The notes: generated by a model not told the origin, from the letters alone. Positions 38,272-52,452 are shown, counted from the first letter of the whole stretch. The stretch is DNA of 62,832 nucleotides, filler included, from Basidiobolus ranarum (GCA_040143965.1; 28 parts of 28 records of this genome joined end to end with filler, not necessarily neighbours in it); one strand, 5' to 3'. Numbers and translations: made by a program.

Positions 38272-40416
38272 GGAGTATCTTGCCCAATTTGTGGTAATCT
38301 ATCTTGACAATATCTTGGTCTTCTCAAGATATCAAGAAGAACATAATCCTCATGTTTCCCAAGTCCTAGAAAAGTTGAAAACCTCTGGGCTCTATGCTAA
38401 ACTTGAGAAATGTGAATTTGATCAAGCTCAAGTTGAATTTGTTGGATATAACATCAGCCCTTCAGGCATCTCCATGGACCCTAAGAAGGTTGAATCTGTT
38501 CTGTCTTGGGATATTCAAAAGAATATGAAGGATGTCCAATATTTCCTTGGATTTGCAAGCTTTTACTGATGGTTTGTCAAGAACTACTCCAAAATATCTG
38601 CTCCATCAACAAACCTTACATAAAAGAACTCCCATTTGACTGGAACCCATCTTGCCAACAAGCATTTATAACTTTGAAGGGTGCTTTTACCTCCACATCA
38701 ATCCTGGGATATCCTAAGCTAGACAATCCATTTATTGTTGAGACTGATGAATCTAACTTTGTGCTAGGAGCAGTATTATCACAGATTGATGATGACAACA
38801 TACTGCCTTTTACTCAAGTAAGTTCTGAGCTGCAGAAATCAACTATGCCATCTATGACAAGGAGCTATTAGCAATTATTGCTGCATTTGAACAATGGCAA
38901 CAATACTTGAATGGAGCAAATCCCAAAATCACAGTTTATTGTGATCACAAGAATATTCAGTGGTGGGGCTTATATTTGGGAGCCTGTTAGAAGTGGCTTG
39001 GAAAATTAGAGAAATTGGTAGTTTACACTTATTCATTTATTGATTAGAAACTATTGCGAAAATATGGGCATTTGGAGGAACTTTAGAAAAGTGGAGTTGT
39101 GAATAACGTTTGTGAGATAATTATTTACTGTCCAGAAATAAAACATTTATACATTTTGGTGGACTCTCATATAACCAAATATACATAAATCTTAATTTTA
39201 ACTTAAATCTTAATTCTTCAAATTTTGGCTTGGGTAATAGTTTAGTAAAGATGTCAGCAATCATGTCTGCAGTTGGCAGTACTCTAATTGGACATGCTTA
39301 TTCTCAATAGCTTCCATAACAAAGTGATATTGAATGTCAATGTGCTTACTTCTAGCATGAAATTTGGGATTTTTAGCTAATAAAATATTACTTTGATTAT
39401 CCTTGCAAATTATGGTGGTTGAACTTTGAAAAATGCCTAAGTCTTTGAACAGTTTCCTTGACAACATAGCCTCCTTTGTTGTATGTGATGCTGCCATGTA
39501 TTCTGCTCCAGTTCTTGAAAGTTGTGGGATAATTAATCTTTATTTAACATTATAGTTAACTGTAGGTATGATACATCCTGTTGCCTTTTACTCAAGAAAG
39601 TTCTCTGCGGCAGAAATCAACTATAACACCTATGACAAGGAGCTATTAGCAATTGTTGCTGCGTTTGAACAGTGGCAACAATACTAGAATGAAGCAAATC
39701 ACAAAATCACAGTTTATTGTGATCACAATTATCTTCAGCATTTTAGAACAACCAAAGTTCTCAACCATCATCAAGCAAGATGGTGATTATTTCTTGCCAG
39801 TTTTGATTTTGTGATTACATATCAACCAGGTAGCCAGCAAAGAAAACCTGATGCCTGATCATGTAGAGCAAAATATCAGCCTAAACAAGGGGATGAGGTC
39901 TTTGACCAACAAAATACTTTGTTACTGAAGACCCACCAACTTCAAATTAGTGCAACTGCCCTTTCTGTGCCTAGTTCAAGCACATTCCATGAAGACATCC
40001 ACAATTTTCAATCTGACGACCCATTGGTAATATTAATCAAGAAAGCCCAGGAAACATCCAAAGACCTCTCAAGCTTAAACTTGTACCACCATTTCTCCAT
40101 CATCAATGATCTCCTGTTTTATAAGAAGCACCTTTACATTCCAGACCACACTTCCAGACTCAAAATCATGCAGGAAAGACATGACTCACCACTAGCAGGA
40201 CACTTTGATGTTGCCAAATTATATATGTTGGCATCCAGGGATTATTGCCTTATGGCCTCCTACAGCCACTTCCAATTCCTGATCAACAGTGGAAATCCAT
40301 ATCCCTGGAATTCATAACTGCTCTACCCATGTCTGCCAAATATGATTCAATTTTGGTAATTGTTGACTGTCTAACAAAAATGGCCCACTTTGTGCCCTGC
40401 AACAAGTCAATTGATG
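38272..40416 (+). mobile_element. Decayed Ty3/gypsy pol (RT-RNase H-integrase), interrupted at about 38965-39575 by copia and LTR fragments
   Basis: [88 protein letters not shown]. Confidence 0.93.
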
Positions 40417-40516
40417 NNNNNNNNNNNNNNNNNNNNNNNNNNNNNNNNNNNNNNNNNNNNTTAATTAATTAANNNNNNNNNNNNNNNNNNNNNNNNNNNN
40501 NNNNNNNNNNNNNNNN

Positions 40517-41438
40517 ACAAACTCATGTTGGGTATGAGCTAAACCTTGGGTATGAAGAACTCTATAAAAATATTCAGGAGAATATATCAAAGAGACTAGG
40601 GATTTTGAAGGTGACAAATTAGCATTCTAGTGGTAATTGTGTAAAATTTGAGTTACATTTTTTGCACATGTGTTGATCCATAGTTCTCTGAGATTTTAGC
40701 CAATCATTTGCAACTATTTTGCAAGATCTTGAAAATTCACTCCTGAAACTGAAAAAATTGATTAAAATCAAATCTATCTTGATGGTTTTATGACGGTAAG
40801 TAAACAGTCAATCCCAAATGGATTAAAATTGTGACAGTTTTCCTACAATAACAATCCTCAATTTTCTGTTAGGGATATTGGCTGAATTACTTATGGAAAT
40901 TTGCCAAAATCCAAGAGCCTATTCTCATTGTTAATGGTAATAAGAGTCAGCTATTTGCCAAGAGTCAGTGCAATAAAAATTTCAGATGTTTAGCAATTTT
41001 TCCACCATTAGTTTGCTGGTAAAGCATTTTGATGATGTTGAGTTATGTCTGATCAGTCAAGTATGTGCATATGTAGATACTAAATACAACAAGATTCTTG
41101 TATTTTTTGATTTTCATTGTGGCTGGTATACAAAGCCTAAAATAACTAAATAAAGGCATGCATATTGTTTCAAATTCCTACAGCAGTAAGCGCAGTAATT
41201 TGCCATTCACAAATTATACTTTGCAAATATTGCCGGAAATTGACAACTCATGCCAAATATGTGGATAAATATTTTAACATGTAGGAATACTGTTGTAACA
41301 CCATCAAGAAAACTGCCATTACACCATCAAAATCCCTGGCAGGATGCAAGCTATCAATATCGTGATGATTCTCTGATGGTTTTGTGATATAGAAGGTTGG
41401 ATCCAATCCAGATCAAGTTGATTTTATTTTTAATAGGG
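40517..41438 (+). repeat. Unclassified repeat: module 1 end (to 40874) fused at AGGG to module 2 (to 41438)
   Basis: Matches the reverse complements of 6924-7280 and 28484-29050; junction TTTCTGTT-AGGG-ATATTGGCTG. Confidence 0.8.
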
Positions 41439-41759
41439 GATAGTGCATTAGGCCCACAAAAACCTGAAAGTTTACTGATGGCAGGAGTATCACCAATACA
41501 TATGAGGATATAGGACTTGTTCCATTGTGCCAAGATTTATCTGACCTTGATTCAATATATTAGAGTAAATGTGATTGAAACTGGTCATGCCAGAGGGTGA
41601 TGGATAGTGCCAAATTGTGCTGCATAAACTTTAGAATACTGTATCCAATATGATATATATAGCACAATTTGGCACTATCACAGAGAGCAAGTCCATTAGG
41701 TTTGATAAAATATTCACCCATCTGAGCCCCATTAGATAACCATTCAAATTATTTGGTTA

Positions 41760-42230
41760 AATATGGGCTGTTTGGAGGAACTTTAGAAAAATGGAGTTGT
41801 GAATAGCCTGTGAGATAATTGTTTATTTTGCGGAGAAAAAGCATTTATAGATTTTGAAGGAAATACAGACAAATAACACTGGGGTTGTGTTTGGAACATC
41901 TGTGGGAGCAAAAGGAGCCATTTTTGGGGCAATTTGGATGAGTCTGAAATTTCCAATATAGAATTGCTAATTCTCACATCATTCACATATGTATATAATA
42001 TATGTTCCAATTTTGAGCTAAGTGATATTTTACTTAGTAATGTTAACTGACTTATATGTGATATATGAAATAGTTAGGTGTATAAAGATAGAGATAACAA
42101 ATATGAAAAAGACAATAAACTTTAACACTCCCAGTCAACTAAATATTCTTATATCTTTATCCTAACTTAAATCTTAATTCTTAAATTTTGGCTTGGGTAA
42201 TGGTTTGGTAAGGATATCAGCAATCATGTT
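41760..42230 (-). mobile_element. Copia RNase H end, PPT and LTR-D
   Basis: MIADILTKPLPKPKF, then GACTGGGAG-TGTTAAAG; homologous to 5570-6050. Confidence 0.8.
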
Positions 42231-42933
42231 AATCAGATTAGCATATGGTGTAGTGTTGGAAATAGTCCAACTATATCTTGCACATAATAAGCAGGAAGGA
42301 TATTATCTATTGCTATATTACAATATTTTACAGATCAAGAAAAAGAACAAGAGAATTTGATTGCTCAAAAGCACATCAAAACTTAATTTATTACAACAAC
42401 TCAAGCTGCAATCAAAAACTCCGGAATTTGAGCTTTGCAACCATGCAAGAATAATAAGATTTGATCAAATATTGGCGGAGCTACAACCATTTCAAAATTG
42501 CCAACACAAAAATCAACACTAGCATATATTCAGAACACAGGAATTCAGGATCTCAAGATGCTCACAAAATTGGTGCTAACTTTTGAACCAGCCAATGGAT
42601 TCTCTTTAAATTTGCTCAGAGCTGCAACCGTACTTGATTTCATCAAAACTTTAAGACGGGGNNNNNNNNNNNNNNNNNNNNNNNNNNNNNNNNNNNNNNN
42701 NNNNNTTAATTAATTAANNNNNNNNNNNNNNNNNNNNNNNNNNNNNNNNNNNNNNNNNNNNCTATGATCGTTGTGAAACAGAGCTGTAGACGTATCAACA
42801 GCCACTAAAAATCTGTACACCAATACAAAGCTTGGCTAATGTGTTGAGAATATCAGTTATAAAAGAGGAATTCTGTCCCTTCATCCACCAAAGCCTAAAC
42901 TTCTAACAATATCCTTTTATCCATCTTTTGACC

Positions 42934-43377
42934 ATGAAATCCTCCCCCCGTACCACATATCGCAGAAAACCTATGCATATTACATGTTCAGTATGCGAAA
43001 AATCTTTCAACAGGAAAGATAATTTCATGCGCCATTATCGTACTCATACCGGGGAGCATCCACATCCTTGCCCTCATCCAAAGTGTGATAAGGGGTTCAC
43101 GCGAAGTGATCAGCTATTACGGCACTTGAATTCGAAGCATCCAGAGCAATCATGGAGACCCAGTTCACCCCACAGTGACTGTGGATCAGCTTCTTCAGAA
43201 GACTCTCTTCTCACAGTTATCAATCATCACAACGTCGATTTCGTTGGCGCTTTTTCCAGCAGCCACAAAAAAAGTATGTTGAGATCAACAATGAGCATTG
43301 GGAATCTTGTCAACGATGCTTCTATCGATTCAATACAATCCGAATCCCGGATGGAACTAAGTTTTTTATTGAACTAG
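42934..43377 (+). CDS. Small two-finger C2H2 zinc-finger transcription factor (147 aa, intronless)
   Basis: CSVCEKSFNRKDNFMRHYRTH-TGEHP-HPCPHPKCDKGFTRSDQLLRHLNSKH; TATAAAAG at about 42859. Confidence 0.92.
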   Translation: MKSSPRTTYRRKPMHITCSVCEKSFNRKDNFMRHYRTHTGEHPHPCPHPKCDKGFTRSDQLLRHLNSKHPEQSWRPSSPHSDCGSASSEDSLLTVINHHNVDFVGAFSSSHKKSMLRSTMSIGNLVNDASIDSIQSESRMELSFLLN

Positions 43378-45005
43378 TTCATACCACTATCTCCATATTC
43401 ATTCATACTTTCAAATAGAGGACAGTTTCTTGTACATTAGTGTGTCATTTGGATGTTGTGGATATATTTTTATTCTTTGACATCGATTTGATTACATTCC
43501 CTACATTCTAGAAGTTTTTGTACTGTAAATATGTATTTATTCCCATTAAAACATGGAAGTAACTCTTCCCTTAATTCTATTCAATTTTAATGATTATCAT
43601 GGCAGAAGAGCAGCCACTTTGGATTTATCAAAACAATCGCGATTAAACAAAACAGCTAAGGTCTACCATATCTGTGATTCCCCACGGTACAAGTTAGGAT
43701 GATATGGCTGTCAAGAATTCTACACAAACAAGCTAGCCCTTTTTGTCATACGAGATTCAAAAGGCAACTTGGACTAAATGGAGCGTAGCCACTAGCCGAA
43801 ACGAAAACATTTAATTGCTCCGTCTTCACTTTAAGGGAGTCCTAGATCTCGAAAAACTAGATTAAATTTATTTCCCCAATCTCTAGGAGATATTGTGCAT
43901 CAATTCGCTAAACCAATCCCCAAACTCGAGTAAGAATACTAGGCTGATATGCAATAATAGGAATGAAAACAAATCATAGACCAACTGAATCTGTAAAGCC
44001 TTTGTGAGCTCACTCCAATTGTTCATTCTGAGCCACTAGGAGCGAAATCATTATCAGCATACCACGAAGATGCTACAAACCCGTTCTCGAGATATTCTGA
44101 GAGAGCCGAACATATGCAAGTTGATGAAAAAGAAAATCAAGAATTTTCCTAGAATTGGTTATGGCGTTAACACATAACCAACTACTGAATGACGTTCCAG
44201 AGCAATAATACTTAAAAATATTACCCTTATAGTAGTGATAATTTATTTTCGGCTATTTAATCAAATGTTAAGGAGATATCATGGAATTCTTATCTAGACT
44301 TCCGAGTTCCCTAAATCATTCACTGAGGCCCTTCTAACAAGAATTCCTTGATCCTTGCAATAACCCCGAATACATCAGTCAATTGGTTATTGGCGGGATT
44401 GCCAGAGGGATTTGATTTCCCAATGTGCATTAGATAATGATCAATTCACCATAAAAGTAGTGCTGACATATGAAAATTTAATCGATCGTTTACCGAAATC
44501 TATTATAGAAAGGGGTTGGAGGCAATTCTGGATTTAAGCTTTATTTAGTAGAGGATTGAAAAAAACGAGACTAATAACACCATCCCCACGTTACCTAATC
44601 TTCAGGAATCTCTCGATATAATCTCCTTGATACCCGAAATTGATGGGTAGTTTTGATTTATAGGTACAAATGGGGTTTGTTTGATTACTCTTTTCCAGTA
44701 AAAGCCGTGAAATTGTTCTTATTTAGCAAAAATTTGCCCACCGTGATCAGCTATCAGTGGCTTCCGTATTGTATACAATATAGTTGATATCATTGCAAAA
44801 AACTTCCATATTGATGCTCAAGCCTACAAGTCAAATGATTGTGATGTAACAGGTCAGGTGCGTTTGTTCTAGCACACAATCATCCATTTTCCCGTCCTGA
44901 ATCTGNNNNNNNNNNNNNNNNNNNNNNNNNNNNNNNNNNNNNNNNNNNNTTAATTAATTAANNNNNNNNNNNNNNNNNNNNNNNNNNNNNNNNNNNNNNN
45001 NNNNN

Positions 45006-47149
45006 CTAGCAAGACTCACTCCTAAATATTTAGCCTGAACACGAAGTCTGTCGTTCAGTTCCTGTGGCAACATACAGTGTGACTCAGTGACGTCGGCACC
45101 ATCGCGATGGACTTCTGTCAGGCCGAATGGCAGTGTAGGCTCATCGACATCAGCAAGCATGTCACTGAAGAACTGCTCGTGCGCTTGTTGACTTGTTCCA
45201 AACCGTACTTGTGCCACCAAGTTGCGGAATGATTGAGGAGATTGTAGAAAATCCTGCTGGTTTTCGAGAAAAGCTTGAATCTCAGTATTCATTACTTCCA
45301 AGGTCGAATGATCACCAATTAAGTGGTGGTGTAGTTCGACCAGTAACCAACGACCGTCACTGCCATGAGCGATCACGAAGTGTAGCAATGGAGCTTGCGT
45401 CAAATTAATGCGATGATAGCGAGGGTCAAAGCGCTGATTCAGTTGATCAATGATCGGTCCGTTAGCTAGATCCAAGTTGAGTTCCGTAATAGAAAGCCGA
45501 GCATTACGCCATACTACCTGAGCTGGATTGGACAAGTGCTCCCAGATAAAAGCAGTTCGCAGGATGTCATGGCGATCTACTACTTGTTGTACTGCATTCA
45601 GGTAGCGATCAAGCAAATCACGATTGTCAAAAGCCATATGAGTGATTGTGAGATATGGATCACCTTCTGTCGCTAATAAATGATGAAATAAGATGCCATC
45701 CTGTAGCGGAGATAGAGAATAGATATCTTGAATGTTGGCCACACCTCCTGGAGTTTGTTCAACGATATGATCAATCTCTGCTTGGGTGAGATCGATAAGT
45801 GGCAGTAGATCAGGCGTTAGTTTGACGGTTTCGGATGTAATGTGATTTGGTGGTACCGTAACCTCATGGTGTTGACTTACAGATTGAGCCAGCTCACTGA
45901 GAATGGGAGTATCAAAAAGTGCGCGTACTGACACAGTTATATTGATGCGACGCAAGCGTTCGATCATCTGCACCGCGAGTAGCGAGTGACCTCCAAGAGC
46001 GAAGAAACTATCATGGCGACTGATTTGTTCAACATTGAGCAGATCAGTCCAGATCGTGGCGAGTGCAATCTCGGTATCACCTTGTGGTGCTTCATATGCA
46101 TGTCTAGAGAAAGCTTCGTCATTTGGTGCTGGTAGTGTTCTACGATCAAGTTTACCACTAGATGTCAAAGGTAGGGCATCCAGGCGTACAAAAGCCACGG
46201 GTATCATGTAGTCGGGTAATCTTGCCACAAGGTGGTCACGTAATACACTTGCCAGTTGTTCAGTAGGCTCCGCTACAACGTAAGCAACCAGCCGTTTATC
46301 TCTGTTCTCACCCAGCGCGACTACAACAGCTTCATGTACGTGTGAATGCTCCATCAATTGTACTTCGATCTCACCAGGCTCAATGCGAAAGCCTCGGATT
46401 TTGACCTGATTGTCATTACGTCCATGGAACACCAAATTACCATCTGGTAGGTAGCGAGCCATATCACCTGTCTTGTACATGCGGGCATTCTGAGAATTAC
46501 TGAAGGGATCCAGAAGGAAACGCTCGGAGGTCAAATCAGGTCGGTTCAGGTAGCCACGTGCGATACCGGCTCCTCCAATGTACACTTCGCCTATCGCTCC
46601 CAATGGAACTGGGTTACCATATGCATCCAGCAAATAAATCCTGGAATTCGCAAGTGGCCGGCCGATGGGGACCACGTTAGAACAGAAATCATTAACAACA
46701 CGCCATGTAGTGGCGCTAACAGTTGTTTCTGTAGGGCCGTATGAATGAAAGATAATGACTTGGTGACTCAAGTTTTTAAGTAATGTTGGACTGGGAGTTT
46801 CACCTCCCAGAACGAGAGTCAGAGGGGTACTTAGTTTTGGTAGATCCTCTCCATCCTGAAGTAACGCTGGGGTTAAAAATGCATGAGTGATGGCCTGTCT
46901 CTCTAAATGATTCCACAAGCTATTCCGATCACGACGGGCAGTATCAGGTGTCAGATGCAAACTAGCTCCTGAACCTAAAGCCACAAAAATGTCTTTGACA
47001 CTCATGTCAAAACCTATTGATGCAAATTGCAGAATACGACTAGAAGAGTTAACCTCAGTATAGGATGTCAGCGCCTGAATAAAGTTCACAACTCCTTGGT
47101 GCTCGACCATGACACCTTTAGGTATACCAGTGGAGCCAGAGGTGTAGAT
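45006..47149 (-). CDS. Non-ribosomal peptide synthetase internal fragment: A domain (partial), T domain, dual E/C domain (partial)
   Basis: YTSGSTGIPKG, YGPTE, GEVYIGGAGIARGYL, YKTGD, QVKIRGFRIEPGEIE, SGKLDR, FFALGGHSLL (Ppant Ser), HHLLATEGD, HHLIGDH; open across the whole contig with no introns. Confidence 0.97.
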
Positions 47150-47249
47150 NNNNNNNNNNNNNNNNNNNNNNNNNNNNNNNNNNNNNNNNNNNNTTAATTA
47201 ATTAANNNNNNNNNNNNNNNNNNNNNNNNNNNNNNNNNNNNNNNNNNNN

Positions 47250-47527
47250 CTATAAATGTCAACTATCTACTCAATAAATCAATAAGTGAAAACCACCAAT
47301 TCCTCTAATTCTCCAAACCACTTCCAACAGGCTCCCAAATACTTTAACACTAGTAGCCCCAAACTCTGAACACATGTTCCTGGGATTCTCATTAACACAT
47401 TCTATATGTTGGCTTGCTTACACCTTGACAAAACTATAAATGTCAACTCAATATATCAATATCTGAAAACTACCAATTTCTCTATATCTCCAATCCACTT
47501 CCAACAGGCTCCGAAAATACTTTAACA
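47250..47527 (+). repeat. Two tandem 3' halves of LTR-A
   Basis: CTATAAATGTCAACT...CCACTTCCAACAGGCTCC..AATACTTTAACA twice. Confidence 0.8.
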
Positions 47528-50500
47528 GCTATAACAATTGGCATTTGCTAAATAACAGGGTATTCTGTATGCTATCAATTGATGAATCTACTCTCTATAA
47601 GTATGTCATAGGGTTAGAATAACACAATCTACTATTAATTATAGATTCATTGAGCAATATGGATTGCACAAGGGATCTGAACTAAACATCAAAAGCTTAT
47701 TAGCCTGATGCATAAGTAATTATATGATGGAAAAAGAGAATATATAATATCTGAAGCCAATAAGACACATTTTAGTCTATTCTCCATATTGTGCCATCAA
47801 GTATTTACTATGTACTAATTTAAAAGATTAGTTGATAAAGGAACTGAACCAAAAATCAAGAATATCCAGACGCGCATTGAGGGGAATTACTCTTGAACAG
47901 ATTTGGCTCAAATCCCAAGATTTAATCATATACTATTCCATCACAGTATTGAGTAAAATAAAGCAATATGATGGTTTGATGTATCTGTAGGAGGAGTAAC
48001 AAGATCTGTTATCCAATATTTGAAGGTATCCTATGAGTTTTGAGCAGAATAGATGGCATGTGCAGTCTATATTAAAAATAAATCTCACCTAAGTATTCGT
48101 ACCGTGCTTAGTGTAGTCAGCTATTTTGTTTACCAAATATTTCAAAATTGAAAACCTGCATATATCTCTTAGATGCGTTTGAGAATTATTGTGTAAACTA
48201 CCTATTTTGGACTTGACTAAGATTGCTCAAATTATCCTCACAACATTCCTAGTTTATGTTCAAATATCTCAATAGAATCTTTCCAACATAGGTGAGCATT
48301 TTTATTTTCAATATGATGATTAAGTGGAATATCTTGCGTCTATTCTAAAAATGGCCAATTCATCCCAGGTACTTCAACAAATAATCACTGGCTAGTATAA
48401 GGTTGGAAGGATAAGATGAATTCTATCAAAGTTAGTAAAATGCTCCTAAGCTCGAAATAATACACGTTGAGCCATATGAGATGGAAAGTCCATCAAGTAC
48501 TATGGAGCACTTTCAGGCTCAGTAAAATAGAACAAGCGTGTTATAGATGTTAAATATCACTTCGCATTGGAGTTATAGGGCTCACTAATAGCTTGACTCA
48601 AAAATACTCTTGTAAGAAATCAAAATTTCTCCTGTTCTCAAACCTAGTATTTAAATAGGTGCCCGGTAAATAATTCTGAAGAAACCTACAAAATAGGAGA
48701 ATGCTAGCTTAAAAATCATCAAACTATTGCGTTGCTGGTGATTTAAAGTTCTATTCCCGTATAAGAGTGTTTTTGGATTAGGCAAACTATGCTGCAATTA
48801 CAGTTCCCTACCTCAGTACTTCAGGGGTTAATTAAATCAAGTGAAGTCCCAGTCGTAAATGAATGCTCATATCTTTACCCTGCCTGTTTGAATATTCACA
48901 TTGGATACATAGTTTTCTAATCAACATAAACCAGTTTGCAACAATGCTAATTATATGGCACGGCCAAGGTAGCAATCCACTCTGATATGACCGAGCATCC
49001 GTGTCACTACAGTTAATTTGTGGGCTGATCACGTAGATTAAAGATAGAGTCCCAGTGATATGTAAAAGGGACCTTAAAGCATTACATAAGAGTAATAGAG
49101 GATATGGTAGGGACCTTCAAGGTTGTCAAGGCATCGTAGGTGCCAATCAACGTTTTGGCGAGAAACAGTTCATGATTTATTCGATATCTATTTAGCTCTC
49201 TCTATGTGTACCGACTGCCACATTCGCTTATGGTTACTCAATTATGCTCTATGGTGGTTTCATCAAAACACAGTATCAACAAGTTAGTAAACGCAAGGGA
49301 AAAGCAAAGGAGCCAGTGAGTTTAGGCTCTACTGTCCCACTTACCAAATTCTTCACACCATTACGAAGATCTGCAATTCCAGAGTCAGATANNNNNNNNN
49401 NNNNNNNNNNNNNNNNNNNNNNNNNNNNNNNNNNNTTAATTAATTAANNNNNNNNNNNNNNNNNNNNNNNNNNNNNNNNNNNNNNNNNNNNGTAATACTA
49501 AACGGTAATGTTAAGAATAAATGCTGGTATAAAATAGGATCTCCACCTCCAGCTGGTTCGTAGAATGAGCTATTGAAGTTTCTATCAGTTAATAACATAG
49601 TTCTTGTAATTTTGATTCTCATTATGGCTGGAATACAAAGCCTTAAGTATCAAAATTAAGCCATGCATATTAATTGGAATTCATTTTATTTTTGACAGGG
49701 AGACACAACATTGATATTGTATTGTTTCAATCAAGCTAGATGGAAACAAAGTGCAGCAACTGAACTTTGATGTTATCAAGGACCTTGCAATCAAAGTCTT
49801 GCCTGATTGTGTGCAATGTTTGATGTCAGAATAGAATGTAGATAAATTATAGTTCTGGTGATTGCACTATTGATCTGTAATCAACCAATTGGCCTGGAGG
49901 AGTACTCAAATTAGTAGGAGGGATGATGAGACATATCTGGCAGGATTACATCATGAGAATTAGTTGGCGCAGAATTGAGGTACAGAACTTTGATAACCAA
50001 TGAGTGTAAGTCAAGATTGTATTTGATAGAAAGCACCAGTTTGGCAAGAAGACAGAGTTGTGCTAAAAAAGGGAGCAGTTCAACTTCACCAATACAAATC
50101 AATATTGACCAGTTTGCTAGGAAAAGAGCCTGGACAAACCATTTGGAGCCTATGGAAGAAATGCTTGAGGGAAATGTAGCCAAAGCTACAGAATATGACA
50201 GAAATCCAGATAATGATGGAGTACAACCCTAAAACAGGGGAAGAAGAAAACTGGCAATCTAAAAGTGAGTAGAGCACAGGATCAATATAGGACCAAATTC
50301 AGAAAAGTTAGGCTTGAAAAAAGCCAGGAGTTAACTCAAAGAGTCTTGACTGAAGACAGGGTCACAAGAGCATAGAGTATCAGGAAGAAAGTTATCTGCA
50401 ATCATGAGCTGGCCATATAGGGAGGAAATTGAAATAGGATTGAGCAAGTGGCAGTGCCAAAATCAAATATTTAATATTATGGAATTGAGCAGCTTGTTAT

Positions 50501-50799
50501 TCAACTATACTTCAGTTACTACCAAAGCACTAGTTATCAATCTATGATGTAACCTACTCTTGTTTAGTTACAGATATTAGTTGTGTGCTTCAGTTATGCT
50601 ATATGCTTAAACTTGATTTTATGAATGTATATTTTATATTGAAAATGATTTAGTCCATATTCTCTATAAAGGAAAGAGAATGCAAACTTGGTGCATTTGC
50701 TAAAACATATGAAATATTAGTTGAGTCGGATTGAGCAAATGTATATATTTGAACCATATATCATTATGTCAGATGTTGGTTTTCTGGAGAAATTTATTC

Positions 50800-51632
50800 T
50801 TCACCTGTAATTAATGTTGTAATTAATTGATTCTGATAAATGAAATTCAGGATGTTGATATTTACTACCTATTTCACAGCTATCCTAAAGCCCCAAAACA
50901 TTGTACACAGTACAGGTGAGTATTCTGTTGTGCCTAATATGGTTGTATGCATTAGTGGCACTCCTGTCACCAGGGAAGTTGAAGGCTTTTGTCAATACAT
51001 TGAGCTGTCTTGTGGTAAAATCTGTCACATCCATTAAGTTGACTCTAGCAAGGATAGTTATTAATGCTAAAAAAATACAATGTCTAGGTCCAGGATTATG
51101 CTATCAAGTTCTTGCATAGATATAGATATACTGTCTGACATCAAATCACAAATGGTTGCACTGATTTCAAAATGAGATAAGCCTTATGCCTATGAACTTA
51201 TTGTTAACAGAGTTTAGCTGGAGTCAGAGCTTCCAGGTAGGCACAGTAGCCTTGCTGTTTAGCAACATTCCTATAATGATCACACAGCTCGATAGTGAGA
51301 AGTTCAATCTCAGCAGCCCAGACAAGATGGAACTCAAGTTTGAATCTACTGTAGAGACACCAGAAACAGTCAAGATATCAGCATGCTGCATAAGGTCTCC
51401 CTTTACATTGTTGTAGTGTGATACTACTCAGTGGCTTTGCAATGTTTGGGTGGATTTCTGCTTGCCTTTAAGATTGGGGCTGATTTCAACACTAGGAAAA
51501 ATACCAGTTGAGGTGGGAGAGCCAGGAGTTTCATTTGCCAGTATTTTGGCCTGTTGAGAGTTTACATGTGTTGGATAAACTTCTGACTATAGCACTGGTT
51601 CAGCTGGTGTATTTGGTAGCATGGTAAAATCA
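50800..51632. repeat. Unclassified repeat: plus-strand ORF remnant (to about 51416) converging on a divergent module-1 copy (-, 51415-51632)
   Basis: 51415-51632 aligns to 7531-7755; 51186-51416 aligns to 5330-5540. Confidence 0.65.
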
Positions 51633-51989
51633 NNNNNNNNNNNNNNNNNNNNNNNNNNNNNNNNNNNNNNNNNNNNTTAATTAATTAANNNNNNNNNNNN
51701 NNNNNNNNNNNNNNNNNNNNNNNNNNNNNNNNCAATGTATCTATAGCCCCTATATTCTAAATAGGAATATCTCTATATCTATATAACAAGTATGTCTTAT
51801 TACCCCCACTTATCTATTATATCTTTTTACACAAACTACTGAATATCTCAAACATTTGATTTACTTTTCTACTATATAAGTCATCATATACTCTTAAGAG
51901 TAAAGTAACTAAAACATTCTATCATAAGTGGCTTTGAATACCCAAAGTCTACCCCTATTATGTTGAGATCCTCCAACACATACGATCTA

Positions 51990-52320
51990 AGAGGTTTATA
52001 TGTAAATATAAGCTGTTCCAATCATGATACTATTCAATTATTGTATAAGAGATTTGGCAGTATTGGATTTAATTATTTGAGCAAAATGATCAAAAATTGC
52101 CCAATTTCTGGAATTCAAATTAACCTCCCAAATAAAATGGAAATTTGTGAGGGTTGTATACATGGAAAACAAGCCAGGTAACCATTCAAGAGCTTGAGCT
52201 TAATCAAATCTGTTAAAAAACTGGATCAAATTCATTCAGATTTGGGTGCATCTATGCAAAATTTGTCTTTTAGTGGCAAAAGATATGTAATCACATTTAT
52301 TGATAATTATACATGATACA
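51990..52320 (+). mobile_element. Copia GAG-pre-integrase / integrase start remnant
   Basis: LLYKRFGSIG..EICEGCIHGKQAR..LDQIHSDL..KRYVITFIDNYT. Confidence 0.8.
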
Positions 52321-52452
52321 CTTGTTGAAATTAGCATTGCCTAAACACCTTTATAGTTGCATATAGCTTAGTACTCAGTTATCTCATATTTCACTAAGAT
52401 ATTTTCCATTATTCTCAATTGGAATTTACTTGGAATACTTTTACCAACTTAT

